DNA from: Thermoanaerobaculia bacterium
GTDB lineage: Bacteria > Acidobacteriota > Thermoanaerobaculia > Multivoradales > UBA5704
Reading direction: 5' to 3'
Assembly: GCA_044226625.1 (NCBI GenBank)
Contig: JBGAGQ010000088.1
Coordinates: forward strand, 1 to 20,005
DNA: 20,005 nt
This document shows positions 7,317-15,922 of this stretch, piece after piece. Within the stretch, counting starts at the first letter, position 1. Each line of letters begins with the position of its first letter. The notes below the pieces were generated by a model that did no database searches, was not told the DNA's origin, and saw only the letters and a list, made by a program, of their open reading frames with translations. A program made the translations under genes and the position numbers.

Positions 7317-7415
7317 CGCGTAGCTCGCTTCGCGTCAACAGCCCGGGAAGGACGATCGAACCGGTCGTTCTCCCGATCGTCTCATCGACGATGCATCCCG
7401 TACGGGAGGATCTCC

Positions 7416-8978
7416 ATGGTTCGAACCGTTTCCCGCGGATTCGCGATCCGCTGGGCGTTGTCCACTCTTCTTTTTTTGGCGCCGTACGCGGCGGTCGACG
7501 CGCAGGAATCCTCGCCCGCGTCGCCGTCGGTCGAGGACCTCCGCAGCGAGCTCGCCGACCTCAAAGCCGAATACGAGCGCCGTATTTCCGACCTCGAACG
7601 GCGTCTCGCGGAGGTCCAGACACCGACGGGGCAGGCGCCGGGCTCGCCTGCGGCGGTAGAGGCACCACAGGCTGACCAGCAGGCCGAAACCTCCGTGGGA
7701 GCCGAGACGCCGGGGACCGGAACCGAACCCTCCGCGGCCGACCTCGCCGCTGCGGCGGCGGAGATCGCCGCGAGCGCTGGCGTCGCGTCTCCTCCTACGC
7801 CAGCCGATGCGTCCGCGCCGCAACCGGCTCCGATCACTCTCGTGTCGGGCGGGGGAGGGAAGAACTTCCTGAACCTGTCGCTCGATGGCCTGGTCGCCGC
7901 CGGGACCTCGACGGCAAGGGACGTGGCGGCGCTCCAGACCGGCGGCCACGACCCGATCCAGCGCGGCTTCACGATCCAGAACGTTGAGACGGTTTTCGAC
8001 GGTGCGGTCGACCCGTACTTCCGGGGGCAGGCGAACGTCGTCTTCCAGATCGACGATCAGGGGGAGACGACGGCCGAGCTCGAAGAGGTCTACGTGACAA
8101 CGACCTCGCTGCCGCACGGCCTTCAGGCGAAGGCCGGCCAGTTTTTCACCGAGTTCGGCCGTTTGAACCCGAGCCATCCGCACACCTGGGATTTCGTCGA
8201 CCAGCCGCTGGTCAACGGACGGTTCTTCGGTCCGGACGGCCTCCGCTCGGTCGGGGCACGCCTGTCGTGGCTCTTGCCCACGAGCTTTTACTCCGAGGCG
8301 TTTCTCGGTGTCCAGAACAGCCAGGGCGAGACGCTCAAAAGCTTCCGCAGCGTGCCGGGCGAGACGTTGTTCGGCCGGCCGATCCTGCCGCGTGACGTTG
8401 CGAGCGGTTCCGATCTGTTGATCGCGCCGCGCTACGCCGCGTCGTTCGACCTCTCCGACACCCAGACCGTATTGCTCGGCGCCTCGGCGGCGCTCGGCCC
8501 GAACGGTACCGGCCCCGAGGGCAAGACGCGGATCTATGGCGTCGACGCCTTCTGGAAATGGAAACCGACGAACGCCTTCAACGGCTTCCCCTTCGTCAAG
8601 GTCCAGGGCGAGCTGATGCGGCGGAACGCCACCGTCGATGCCTTGCCCGCCGAGGCGCTGCCGCGCGCGACGTTCGCCGACTGGGGCGGTTACGTGCAGG
8701 CCAGCTGGGGCTACAAGCCCGGGCACGTGGTCGGCCTGCGGTTGGATCGCGTAGGCGGCGACCGAGGGGATCGTGGCGATCTCGGCGATCTCCCGGGCGA
8801 TCCGAGCCTCGCGCCGCGCTGGCGGCTGTCGCCCGCGCTCACCTGGTTTCCAACCGAGTTCTCCAAGCTCCGTCTGCAATACAACTTCGATCGTTCCGAC
8901 GCCTTCCGCCACGACGAGCACTCGCTCTGGCTGCAGCTGGAATTCCTCCTCGGCGCGCACGCCGCGCACAAGTTCTAG
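7416..8978 (+). CDS. Outer-membrane beta-barrel protein of the zinc/metal-uptake associated type (520 aa)
   Basis: Signal peptide, N-terminal coiled coil (VEDLRSELADLKAEYERRISDLERRL), Ala/Pro linker, amphipathic beta-strands, NPSHPHTWDFVDQPL motif and C-terminal LQLEFLLGAHAAHKF ending in Phe. RBS GGGAGGA. Confidence 0.85.
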   Translation: MVRTVSRGFAIRWALSTLLFLAPYAAVDAQESSPASPSVEDLRSELADLKAEYERRISDLERRLAEVQTPTGQAPGSPAAVEAPQADQQAETSVGAETPGTGTEPSAADLAAAAAEIAASAGVASPPTPADASAPQPAPITLVSGGGGKNFLNLSLDGLVAAGTSTARDVAALQTGGHDPIQRGFTIQNVETVFDGAVDPYFRGQANVVFQIDDQGETTAELEEVYVTTTSLPHGLQAKAGQFFTEFGRLNPSHPHTWDFVDQPLVNGRFFGPDGLRSVGARLSWLLPTSFYSEAFLGVQNSQGETLKSFRSVPGETLFGRPILPRDVASGSDLLIAPRYAASFDLSDTQTVLLGASAALGPNGTGPEGKTRIYGVDAFWKWKPTNAFNGFPFVKVQGELMRRNATVDALPAEALPRATFADWGGYVQASWGYKPGHVVGLRLDRVGGDRGDRGDLGDLPGDPSLAPRWRLSPALTWFPTEFSKLRLQYNFDRSDAFRHDEHSLWLQLEFLLGAHAAHKF

Positions 8979-8990
8979 GGGATCTCGCTC

Positions 8991-9917
8991 ATGAAGAGAC
9001 TCGCTTTCGCCTTCGCCCTTCCTCTCGCCACCGCCGCGCTGCTCGGTTCGGCGTCACCCGGCTCCGCCGCGCTCAGGGTCGTCGCCACGACCTCGGAGTA
9101 CGGAGCTCTCGCGACCCAGATCGGCGGCTCTCGGGTCGCCGTCACGACGATCGCCAAGCCGACCGAGGACCCCCATTTCGTCGACGCCCGGCCGAGCCAG
9201 ATCGTTGCGTTGAACCGCGCCGCCGCGCTGATCGAAGGAGGAGCCGAGCTGGAGGTCGGCTGGCTGCCGCCGCTGCTCGAAGGCGCACGGAATTCGAAGA
9301 TCCTCGCCGGAGCTCCCGGGCGGATCGTGGCCTCGGAGGGCGTTCAGCTGGTGGACATTCCCTCGGCCGCCGATCGCTCGCAGGGCGACACCCACCTCGC
9401 GGGCAATCCCCACTTCATGCTCGATCCGATGAACGCCAAGATCGTCGCGGAACACATCGCGCGAGCGTTCTCCGCCCTCGATCCCGCGGGGGCCGCGACC
9501 TACAAAGGCAATCTCGCGCAGTTCCAGACGGCGCTCGCGGCGAAGATGACGGAATGGACCGCGGCCTTGAAGCCGTTCGCCGGCCGGCCGATCGTCACCT
9601 ACCACCCGACCTGGCGCTATTTCGGCCGCCGCTTCGGGCTCGTCGCGGACACCTTTCTGGAGCCGAAGCCGGGTATTCCGCCGTCGCCGCCCCACCTCGC
9701 GGAGGTGATGCAGAAGATGATCGCCCAGAAGATCAAGGTGCTGCTGGTCGAGCCCTACCAGCCGAGAAAGACGGCCGAAGGGGTTGCCGCGCGCACCAAC
9801 GCGGTCGTGGTCGAAGTCTGCCAATTCCCGGGGGGCCTGCCGGGGACCGACACCTACATCGCCCTGATCGACGCGAACGTCAAGCGCATCGCCCAGGCGC
9901 TCGCAAGCCACGCCTAG
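8991..9917 (+). CDS. Metal ABC transporter substrate-binding protein (ZnuA/TroA family, 308 aa)
   Basis: Signal peptide, VVATT, EDPHFVDARPS, GNPHFMLDP and TYHPTW His ligand motifs, and EPKPGIPPSPPHL. Confidence 0.93.
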   Translation: MKRLAFAFALPLATAALLGSASPGSAALRVVATTSEYGALATQIGGSRVAVTTIAKPTEDPHFVDARPSQIVALNRAAALIEGGAELEVGWLPPLLEGARNSKILAGAPGRIVASEGVQLVDIPSAADRSQGDTHLAGNPHFMLDPMNAKIVAEHIARAFSALDPAGAATYKGNLAQFQTALAAKMTEWTAALKPFAGRPIVTYHPTWRYFGRRFGLVADTFLEPKPGIPPSPPHLAEVMQKMIAQKIKVLLVEPYQPRKTAEGVAARTNAVVVEVCQFPGGLPGTDTYIALIDANVKRIAQALASHA

Positions 9918-9925
9918 GAGCCGCC

Positions 9926-10786
9926 ATGGATCTCTTCACCCTCTGGCTCTGGCCCCTGATCGCCCTCTGCGTATTGCCCGCAGCGCTCGTCTACTTCGGG
10001 CTCCACGTGGTCGGGCGAGGCATCATCTTCGTCGATCTCGCCCTCGCCCAGATTGCGGCACTCGGCATCGCGACGGCCGTCTTGTTGGGCGCCGACGCCG
10101 AGCACGGCAAGCTTCCGTACGTCCTCGCGATCGCCTTCACGATCGCCGGTGCGGCGCTCTTTTCTCTCACCCGATTCCGGCATCCCAGGGTGCCGCACGA
10201 GGCGATCATCGGCATCATCTACATCGTCGCTGCGGCCGCGGCGACCATGGTGCTCAGCCACACGGCCTCCGGTGACGAGGAGATCAAGAACCTCCTGGTC
10301 GGCAACATCCTCTTGGTTTCCAAGGCGGAGGTGATCCGAACCGCGCTGCTCTATCTAGGCGTGGGCGCGTTCCACTACGCCTTGCGAAAGAAGTTCCATC
10401 TGGTCTCGTTCGAACCCGAGGAGGCCGAGCGCCAAGGGGTGAGCGTGCGCTTGTGGGACTTCCTGTTCTACGCCACCTTCGGACTGGTGGTCACGAGCTT
10501 CGTCCGCATCGCCGGGGTCTACCTCGTCTTTTCGTACCTGATCGTTCCGGCCGTCTGCGGCGCGCTGCTCTCGTCGCGGACCGCGATCCGCCTCGCGATC
10601 GGCTGGGCTGTCGCCCTGACGGCGGGGATCGCCGGCCTGGTTCTTTCGACCCAATGGGAGAGCATGGACCTGCCGACCGGACCGACCATCGTCTGTATCT
10701 TCGGGTTGCTCCTGATGATCAGCGGAGTGATCGCCTTCGCGCAGTCGCGCCGAGGATCGGCAGGGGCGACCGCGTCGCCTCGGTGA
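9926..10786 (+). CDS. Metal ABC transporter permease (ZnuB/ABC-3 family, 286 aa)
   Basis: Real start is MDLFTLWLWP at ATG 9926, with AGGAG RBS overlapping the upstream stop. Multi-TM protein with RGIIFVDLALAQIAALG, EAIIGIIY, LLVGNILLV and LPTGPTIV motifs. Confidence 0.92.
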   Translation: MDLFTLWLWPLIALCVLPAALVYFGLHVVGRGIIFVDLALAQIAALGIATAVLLGADAEHGKLPYVLAIAFTIAGAALFSLTRFRHPRVPHEAIIGIIYIVAAAAATMVLSHTASGDEEIKNLLVGNILLVSKAEVIRTALLYLGVGAFHYALRKKFHLVSFEPEEAERQGVSVRLWDFLFYATFGLVVTSFVRIAGVYLVFSYLIVPAVCGALLSSRTAIRLAIGWAVALTAGIAGLVLSTQWESMDLPTGPTIVCIFGLLLMISGVIAFAQSRRGSAGATASPR

Positions 10787-10801
10787 GGCCAGGGCGGGCC
10801 G

Positions 10802-11275
10802 TTACGGATTGAGCCGCCAGATCGCGCCGTTGAGCGCCGTGGCAAACGACACCCAAAGGGCATAGGGGATGAACAGGGTGGAGGCCAGGGCGCTCACCGG
10901 CCGAGCCAGGATCGCAAACGCAACGATCGTGGCGAGCAGCGCGACGATCTCGACGAGGGCGACCCCGGGGCGGTGCAGGCCGAAGAACAGCCAGGACCAG
11001 GCGGTGTTGAGCACGAGCTGTACGCCCCAGAGGCCGAGCAGCGGCGTGACCTTCCGGCCTGACCGCTTCCAGGCCTGCCATCCGGCGATCGCGATCCCGA
11101 CATAGAGGACGGTCCAGACCGGCCCGAACAGCCAGTTCGGCGGCGTCCACGACGGCTTGGCGAGCGAGGCGTACCAGGCGCCCGGCTCGAACTGCGCGCC
11201 GCTCCAGGCGGCGAGGCCTACGAGGAGGAGGAAGATCAGGAAGGTGGCCATGGGTAAGAGTTTACTTGCTCGCAC
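10802..11275 (-). CDS. tspO: TspO/MBR family tryptophan-rich sensory protein (alternative start 11251)
   Basis: WYASLAKPSWTPPNWLFGPVWTVLY, QLVLNTAWSWLFFGLH and PYALWVSFATALN motifs, with five hydrophobic segments. Confidence 0.95.
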   Translation of the reverse strand: MRASKLLPMATFLIFLLLVGLAAWSGAQFEPGAWYASLAKPSWTPPNWLFGPVWTVLYVGIAIAGWQAWKRSGRKVTPLLGLWGVQLVLNTAWSWLFFGLHRPGVALVEIVALLATIVAFAILARPVSALASTLFIPYALWVSFATALNGAIWRLNP

Positions 11276-11367
11276 CGAGGACCTACTCCACCGATTTTCC
11301 GGAGTGGCACCTCGGACTCACCGGAGCTCGGTGCGGTCTCCCAACCGCGCCCGGGTTCTCGGCCGCC

Positions 11368-11395
11368 TTGGCGCGGTCTCGTTTTCGGCTAGCAT
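11368..11395 (+). promoter_or_regulatory. Possible sigma70-type promoter for the DUF1572 gene
   Basis: TTGGCG-N16-TAGCAT about 30 nt upstream of ATG 11426. GGAGG RBS at 11415-11419. Confidence 0.35.
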
Positions 11396-11425
11396 CGAGG
11401 CGAGATCGGACATCGGAGGCACGAC

Positions 11426-12034
11426 ATGCTCGAAGATTTGAGCGGCGAACGAACGGGGAGCGACGGTGATCAAGGCGGCCGCCTCGGCACTCATTTGATC
11501 GTCGAGATCGAGAAGCGCTTCCGGCAGAACAAAGAGCTGGCCGAGGCCGCGCTGGCGCAGGTCTCGGACGAGGACCTGTTCCGCACGATCGACCCGGAAA
11601 CCAACTCGCTCGCGGTGCTGATCCAGCACATGGGCGGAAACCTGCGCTCCCGATTCACGGACTTCCTCACTACGGACGGCGAGAAGCCGGACCGGCACCG
11701 GGACGCCGAGTTCGAGGTTGCGGCGGGGACGACCCGCGAGCAACTGATGGCGCGTTGGGAGCTCGGATGGGGCCGCCTGTTCGACACCCTCGCCGCGCTG
11801 TCGGCTGCCGACCTCTCCCGCACGGTCGCGATCCGGCACGAGCCGCATACGGTGGTCGAGGCGCTCGCGCGCTCCCTTGCCCATCAGGCGTACCACACCG
11901 GCCAGATCGTGATGCTGGCCAAGCACTATGTCTCGGCGCACTGGCGGACGCTCTCGGTGCCGCGCGGCAAGACCGAGGAGTTCAATCGCCAGATGGCCGA
12001 AAAGATGGCGGCTGGAGAAGCCGGGTCGGCCTGA
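11426..12034 (+). CDS. DUF1572 family protein (DinB superfamily)
   Basis: NSLAVLIQHMGGNLRSRFTDFLTTDGEKPDRHRDAEFE and HQAYHTGQIV motifs, with GGAGG RBS. Confidence 0.9.
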   Translation: MLEDLSGERTGSDGDQGGRLGTHLIVEIEKRFRQNKELAEAALAQVSDEDLFRTIDPETNSLAVLIQHMGGNLRSRFTDFLTTDGEKPDRHRDAEFEVAAGTTREQLMARWELGWGRLFDTLAALSAADLSRTVAIRHEPHTVVEALARSLAHQAYHTGQIVMLAKHYVSAHWRTLSVPRGKTEEFNRQMAEKMAAGEAGSA

Positions 12035-12048
12035 GGCTGAGGGGATCG

Positions 12049-14712
12049 CTAGCCGCCGCCGCCCTCTTTACCGCCGCGGAGCCGGTCGAACCATTTCTTG
12101 CGCTTGAGGAGCTTCGGCGCGCCCTCGCTTCCGAGCTGGCCGGAGTGCCCCGAGGTGTCCGTCGCCGTCGCGTACCACTGAACGTTCTTGTTCTGGTGGA
12201 AGCTCGGCGGGATCTCGGCGGTGTAGAACGAACCGGACTGGCGTAGCTCCAAAGCCTGCCAGCTTCCACCTTCCGGCCGCGCGAACAGGGTCGCCTTGGT
12301 CACCTGGAAGTCGTCCGTGATGCGTAGCGAGACCCGGGTCGTCGCTCCCTTGTCGAACTCGGTCGCGGATCCCTCTCGAAGCTCGATCGCCGGAGGGTTC
12401 TGGTCGAGTTGGGAGAATTCCCCCTTGAGACGTTCGGAGAGCTCGCGGAAGCGCTCGACGTAGGGGCCCGTCGGATTCGCGCCGCGAAGGATCGCCAGGC
12501 CCTCGTCCGGTCGTTTGCGTTGCGCGGCGGCCTGGGCGTTCGCGAGCACGCGATCGAGCCCGGGATCGACCTCCGCCACGGTGCGGATCCGGCCGATCCG
12601 TTCGCCGAGCCCCGGGCGATCCGGCCAGGCGCCGCGCAGCGCCTCCAGCCGGTCGAGCGCGGCCTGCGCCTGACCGCTCTGGCTCAGGCGGTCGGCCTCG
12701 GCCTCGATGCCGGCCGCGGCGGTTTCGCGCAAGCGGGGCGCCGTCCTGTCGCGCGGCGCGAGCTCGGCGAACGAGCCGGCGAGCCGGATGACCTCGAGCG
12801 GATCGCCTCCCTTGGCGGATTTCTGAAGCTGCCCGTAGAGGTCGACGATCCGCTGCGCACGGGCCACGTCCGCTTCGAGACCCGGATTGGCCTTGAAGAA
12901 GGCGGCCCGGTTGGCCGCGATTCCGCGGACTGTCGAGCGCAGGGTGGCGGCGTTGCCGTTGCGCAGGCCGCGCTTCAGATCGGCCGCGAGCCGCTCGACG
13001 AGCGATTGGCCGAGCGAGTCGCGGAGGGCCTTGGCTTCCTCCTGCTCCTCGGGCGAGAGGGACGCCATGTCGATCGCGTCCAGGGCGGCACGGGCGGCCG
13101 CTTCGTTGCCGGCGTCGAGGGCGGCGCGTGCGGCGACCAGGCCGGGATTTCCCGCGGGAGCGGCCGTGGCGAACGCCGATTGAAGATCGGTCGTGGGCGC
13201 CGGGGTCGAGACCGGCGGCGGCGCCGGAACGCTCAGCTCGTCCTGGATCTCCGAGGGGTCGACGTCGCGGTCGCGCAGGTAGATCAGGAAGGCGGCGACC
13301 GCGCCCAGGGCCGCGGCAGCGGCGACGGCGATCCACAGCATTTTGACCCGGCTGCCGGTCGGCTTCGCGGCCCGCGGAGGGGCGGCCGGCGGCGTACCCG
13401 GAACCGGCGGAATCGCGATCTTCGACGGGATCGCGAGGGGAGCCGAAACGGTGGGTGCGGGCGGTGGGGGAGCTTCGATTGGCGAGGCAAGAAACGCTTC
13501 GACCGACGACAGAAGATCGTCCGAAGCGGCAGCCGTCTCCTTCGAGGCCGCTGATGCGACGGGTGGAGTATGAACGAGGGGAGCCGGGGGAACGACGGAC
13601 ACGATCGGAGCCGGAGGCTCGCTCGGCGTCGGCGTCGGCGATGCTGGGGCGGGACGCGGCGGCTCCAAGGGCTCGAGCGGCCGGAGCAGGTCATCGGCAG
13701 AAGAAGAGGAGGGGGCCTCCGGAACCTTCGAGGTCGACGCCGCCGGCTCCTGCGCGGGAAGAAGAGGGCTCAAGGCCTCCGGAGACCCCAGATCGAGCGC
13801 GGGCAAGAGGTCGGACGAAATCTCAGGCTCATGTGGAGGCTCGTACGCCTCCTCGAACCGAAGGGCCGACGGTTCTTCCGCGGCCGAGGGAGGGATGTAG
13901 ACGGGATTGGTCTTCTCGCCGACGGAAGGCTGGGCGACCGGTCCCCGCAAGGCGGTACGAAGTCCCTCGCGGATCTCGCCCCAGCTCGGCCGGTCGGCGG
14001 GCGACCGGCGCAGCGACCGGGCCAGCGCCTGACGGAGCGCCTCGGCGTCCTCGAGCTCGAAGCTGACGCCGAGCGGCAGGGAGAGCTCCGGCTCGCCTCT
14101 CGGGTCGGTTTGGGTGCCGATGTCGAGCAGTCGGCAGGTGATCCGCGCGAAAGAGTAGACGTCGGACCGGCTGTCCGCGGCGCCGCCCGCGAGGACCTCG
14201 GGTGCCGCTCCGTCAGACCCCGGCATGCCGCCGATCGGCGGATGGAGGATTCGGGTGCCGAAGCCCAGGAGCTTCACCTGCTCGCCGGTGGTCGTCCCCG
14301 CGAGGCGGATGTTCTCCGCCGTCAGGTTGCCGTGGGCGATGCCGGCCTGGCCGAGCAGTTCGAGACCGTCGATCACCTGGAGGAGATGGGAGAGAACCTC
14401 CGCCGGTGCGGCGCCCGCGAGTTCCTCGAAACCGCGACCGGCGACCGGTTCGAGCAGGAGGAAGCCGCCGCCGTCGGGGAGCATGCCGAAGTCGAGCAGG
14501 GACGGGATCGTGGGGTGTCGAAGCTTCGCCAAAGCGGTGAGGGCCTGCAGGAAGCGCGGCATCGCCTGAGGGTCTTCGCTCGGCGCGATCCGCTTGATCA
14601 CCACCATCGCGCCGTTCGTCGCGTCGGTCGCGGCGTGAACGCTCGTGAAGGCGCCGTCGCCGAGCTTGCGCGTGATCCGGTATCTCTCAGAAATGTCGCG
14701 GCGTTCCGCCAT
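12049..14712 (-). CDS. Membrane-anchored Hanks-type kinase-like protein with degenerate catalytic motifs (probable pseudokinase), Pro-rich linker, one TM helix, and extracytoplasmic helical + Ig-like domains (887 aa)
   Basis: YRITRKLGDGAF, VVIKRI, LRHPTI, AHGNLTAENI, VKLLGFG, APE and SDVYSF. TM segment MLWIAVAAAAALGAVAAFLIYL. C-terminal DQNPPAI...ITDD...YTAEIP...WYATATD beta-sandwich pattern. Confidence 0.85.
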   Translation of the reverse strand: MAERRDISERYRITRKLGDGAFTSVHAATDATNGAMVVIKRIAPSEDPQAMPRFLQALTALAKLRHPTIPSLLDFGMLPDGGGFLLLEPVAGRGFEELAGAAPAEVLSHLLQVIDGLELLGQAGIAHGNLTAENIRLAGTTTGEQVKLLGFGTRILHPPIGGMPGSDGAAPEVLAGGAADSRSDVYSFARITCRLLDIGTQTDPRGEPELSLPLGVSFELEDAEALRQALARSLRRSPADRPSWGEIREGLRTALRGPVAQPSVGEKTNPVYIPPSAAEEPSALRFEEAYEPPHEPEISSDLLPALDLGSPEALSPLLPAQEPAASTSKVPEAPSSSSADDLLRPLEPLEPPRPAPASPTPTPSEPPAPIVSVVPPAPLVHTPPVASAASKETAAASDDLLSSVEAFLASPIEAPPPPAPTVSAPLAIPSKIAIPPVPGTPPAAPPRAAKPTGSRVKMLWIAVAAAAALGAVAAFLIYLRDRDVDPSEIQDELSVPAPPPVSTPAPTTDLQSAFATAAPAGNPGLVAARAALDAGNEAAARAALDAIDMASLSPEEQEEAKALRDSLGQSLVERLAADLKRGLRNGNAATLRSTVRGIAANRAAFFKANPGLEADVARAQRIVDLYGQLQKSAKGGDPLEVIRLAGSFAELAPRDRTAPRLRETAAAGIEAEADRLSQSGQAQAALDRLEALRGAWPDRPGLGERIGRIRTVAEVDPGLDRVLANAQAAAQRKRPDEGLAILRGANPTGPYVERFRELSERLKGEFSQLDQNPPAIELREGSATEFDKGATTRVSLRITDDFQVTKATLFARPEGGSWQALELRQSGSFYTAEIPPSFHQNKNVQWYATATDTSGHSGQLGSEGAPKLLKRKKWFDRLRGGKEGGGG

Positions 14713-14823
14713 GATCGTACGGGGACCTCGGTAGGTAAGCTTATCGCCGAGAGTCTATAGCCAAGGGGATCGGCGGAGCGATCCGACGCGTTGCGAAGCT
14801 CGAGCCGACCTCGGAAATCAGGA

Positions 14824-14832
14824 TGGTAACCT
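14824..14832 (+). promoter_or_regulatory. Possible extended -10 element (TGgTAACCT) for the 14858/15122 genes
   Basis: TGnTAnnnT match 25 nt upstream of ATG 14858, followed by a GAAGGGGG RBS-like stretch. Confidence 0.4.
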
Positions 14833-14857
14833 ACCTTGCTCCGAAGGGGGACCGGCC

Positions 14858-15082
14858 ATGCGGATGCTGACCCAGGGCGCAATGCAGCAGCTCTTCGAGG
14901 TGATCGACGAGGTCCCGCTCGACCGCGAGGCGGTGCAGGTTCCTCTCGCGATGGAGGGGAAGGGATCGATCGCGCTCCTGGCGAACGGCAAGGTCGAGAT
15001 CGTCCTGCCCGACGCCGACGATCTGAGCGAGTTCCTGGCCGGTGTTCCCGAGCGGCTGGCGAGCCTCAATGCGGGGGCCTGA
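14858..15082 (+). CDS. Small hypothetical protein (74 aa)
   Basis: Protein-like composition, GC-rich third positions and an RBS-like purine run. It fills the gap upstream of the enoyl-CoA hydratase gene on the same strand. Confidence 0.75.
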   Translation: MRMLTQGAMQQLFEVIDEVPLDREAVQVPLAMEGKGSIALLANGKVEIVLPDADDLSEFLAGVPERLASLNAGA

Positions 15083-15121
15083 GCGCGGCGATCAACGCGG
15101 GTCGACACAGGAGGACGAACG

Positions 15122-15904
15122 ATGTTGGAGGTGATCGATCACGGCGCGGTGAGAGAGATCCGGATGGCTCGTCCGCCGGCCAACGCGCTGTCGCCGGAGC
15201 TGCTCGTATCCCTGGACCACGCCTTGGCGGAGGCCACCTCCGCGGGCGCCCGCGCGGTCGTTCTGTCGGGCGCGCCCGGGATCTTCTCGGGCGGTCTCGA
15301 CGTCCCGGTCCTGCTCGGTCTTTCGCGCGCCCAGATCGAGGCCGCCTGGGGACGCTTCCTCGCTCTCGTCCATCGGCTGGCCGCTTCGCCGATTCCGATC
15401 GCGGCGGCGATCACCGGCCACGCGACGGCCGGCGGCTGCGTCCTGCCGCTGTACTGCGACGCCCGGTTCATGGCGCGCGGCCGCGCCGGCAAGGACGGCG
15501 CCTTTCGCGAGTTCTCGATTGGGGTCAACGAGGTACGGGTCGGCCTGCCGATGCCGTCGGTGGTCGTTCCGGCGTTGGCGCGGATCGTCGGCGAGCGGCA
15601 AGCCGAGAGAATGTGCGTCTCGGCCGAGCTGCTACCGGCGTCCGAGGCGCACCGGATCGGTCTGGTCGACGAGCTGCTGCCGCTCGAAGAAACGGTTCCC
15701 CGGGCGGTGAGCTGGTGCCGTTCGCTCGCCGAGCTGCCACCGGGAGCCCTCGGCCGGACTCGATCGCTGGTCCGGGCCGGCCTGGTCGCGGCGGTCGAGG
15801 CGGCGATGGCCGTCGACGCCCGGGTGTTCGTCGAAGACTGGTTCGGAGCCGAGGCGCAGGGGGCGCTCTCGGCGCTGGTCGAGCGGCTGAGCCGGAAAAG
15901 CTGA
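15122..15904 (+). CDS. Enoyl-CoA hydratase/isomerase (crotonase) family protein, delta3-delta2 isomerase-like
   Basis: RPPANAL, FSGGLDV, AAAITGHATAGGCVL, IGVNEVRVGLPMP and EAHRIGLVDEL motifs, with GGAGG RBS. Confidence 0.93.
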   Translation: MLEVIDHGAVREIRMARPPANALSPELLVSLDHALAEATSAGARAVVLSGAPGIFSGGLDVPVLLGLSRAQIEAAWGRFLALVHRLAASPIPIAAAITGHATAGGCVLPLYCDARFMARGRAGKDGAFREFSIGVNEVRVGLPMPSVVVPALARIVGERQAERMCVSAELLPASEAHRIGLVDELLPLEETVPRAVSWCRSLAELPPGALGRTRSLVRAGLVAAVEAAMAVDARVFVEDWFGAEAQGALSALVERLSRKS

Positions 15905-15922
15905 AGAGGGGCCGACCTCGCG

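Noticed and set aside
8757-8804. 9-bp repeat encoding GDR-GDR-GDL-GDL-PGD in the barrel gene
   Set aside because: A short in-frame low-complexity loop expansion with no evidence of a separate function.
7335-8969. 544-aa antisense ORF opposite the outer-membrane barrel gene
   Set aside because: Shadow frame typical of high-GC DNA, with no recognisable motifs, and fully overlapping a well-supported gene.
8558-9925. N-terminal 456 aa of the 742-aa ORF 8558..10786
   Set aside because: Arg-rich out-of-frame read-through overlapping the barrel and binding-protein genes. The real permease starts at ATG 9926 with its own RBS.
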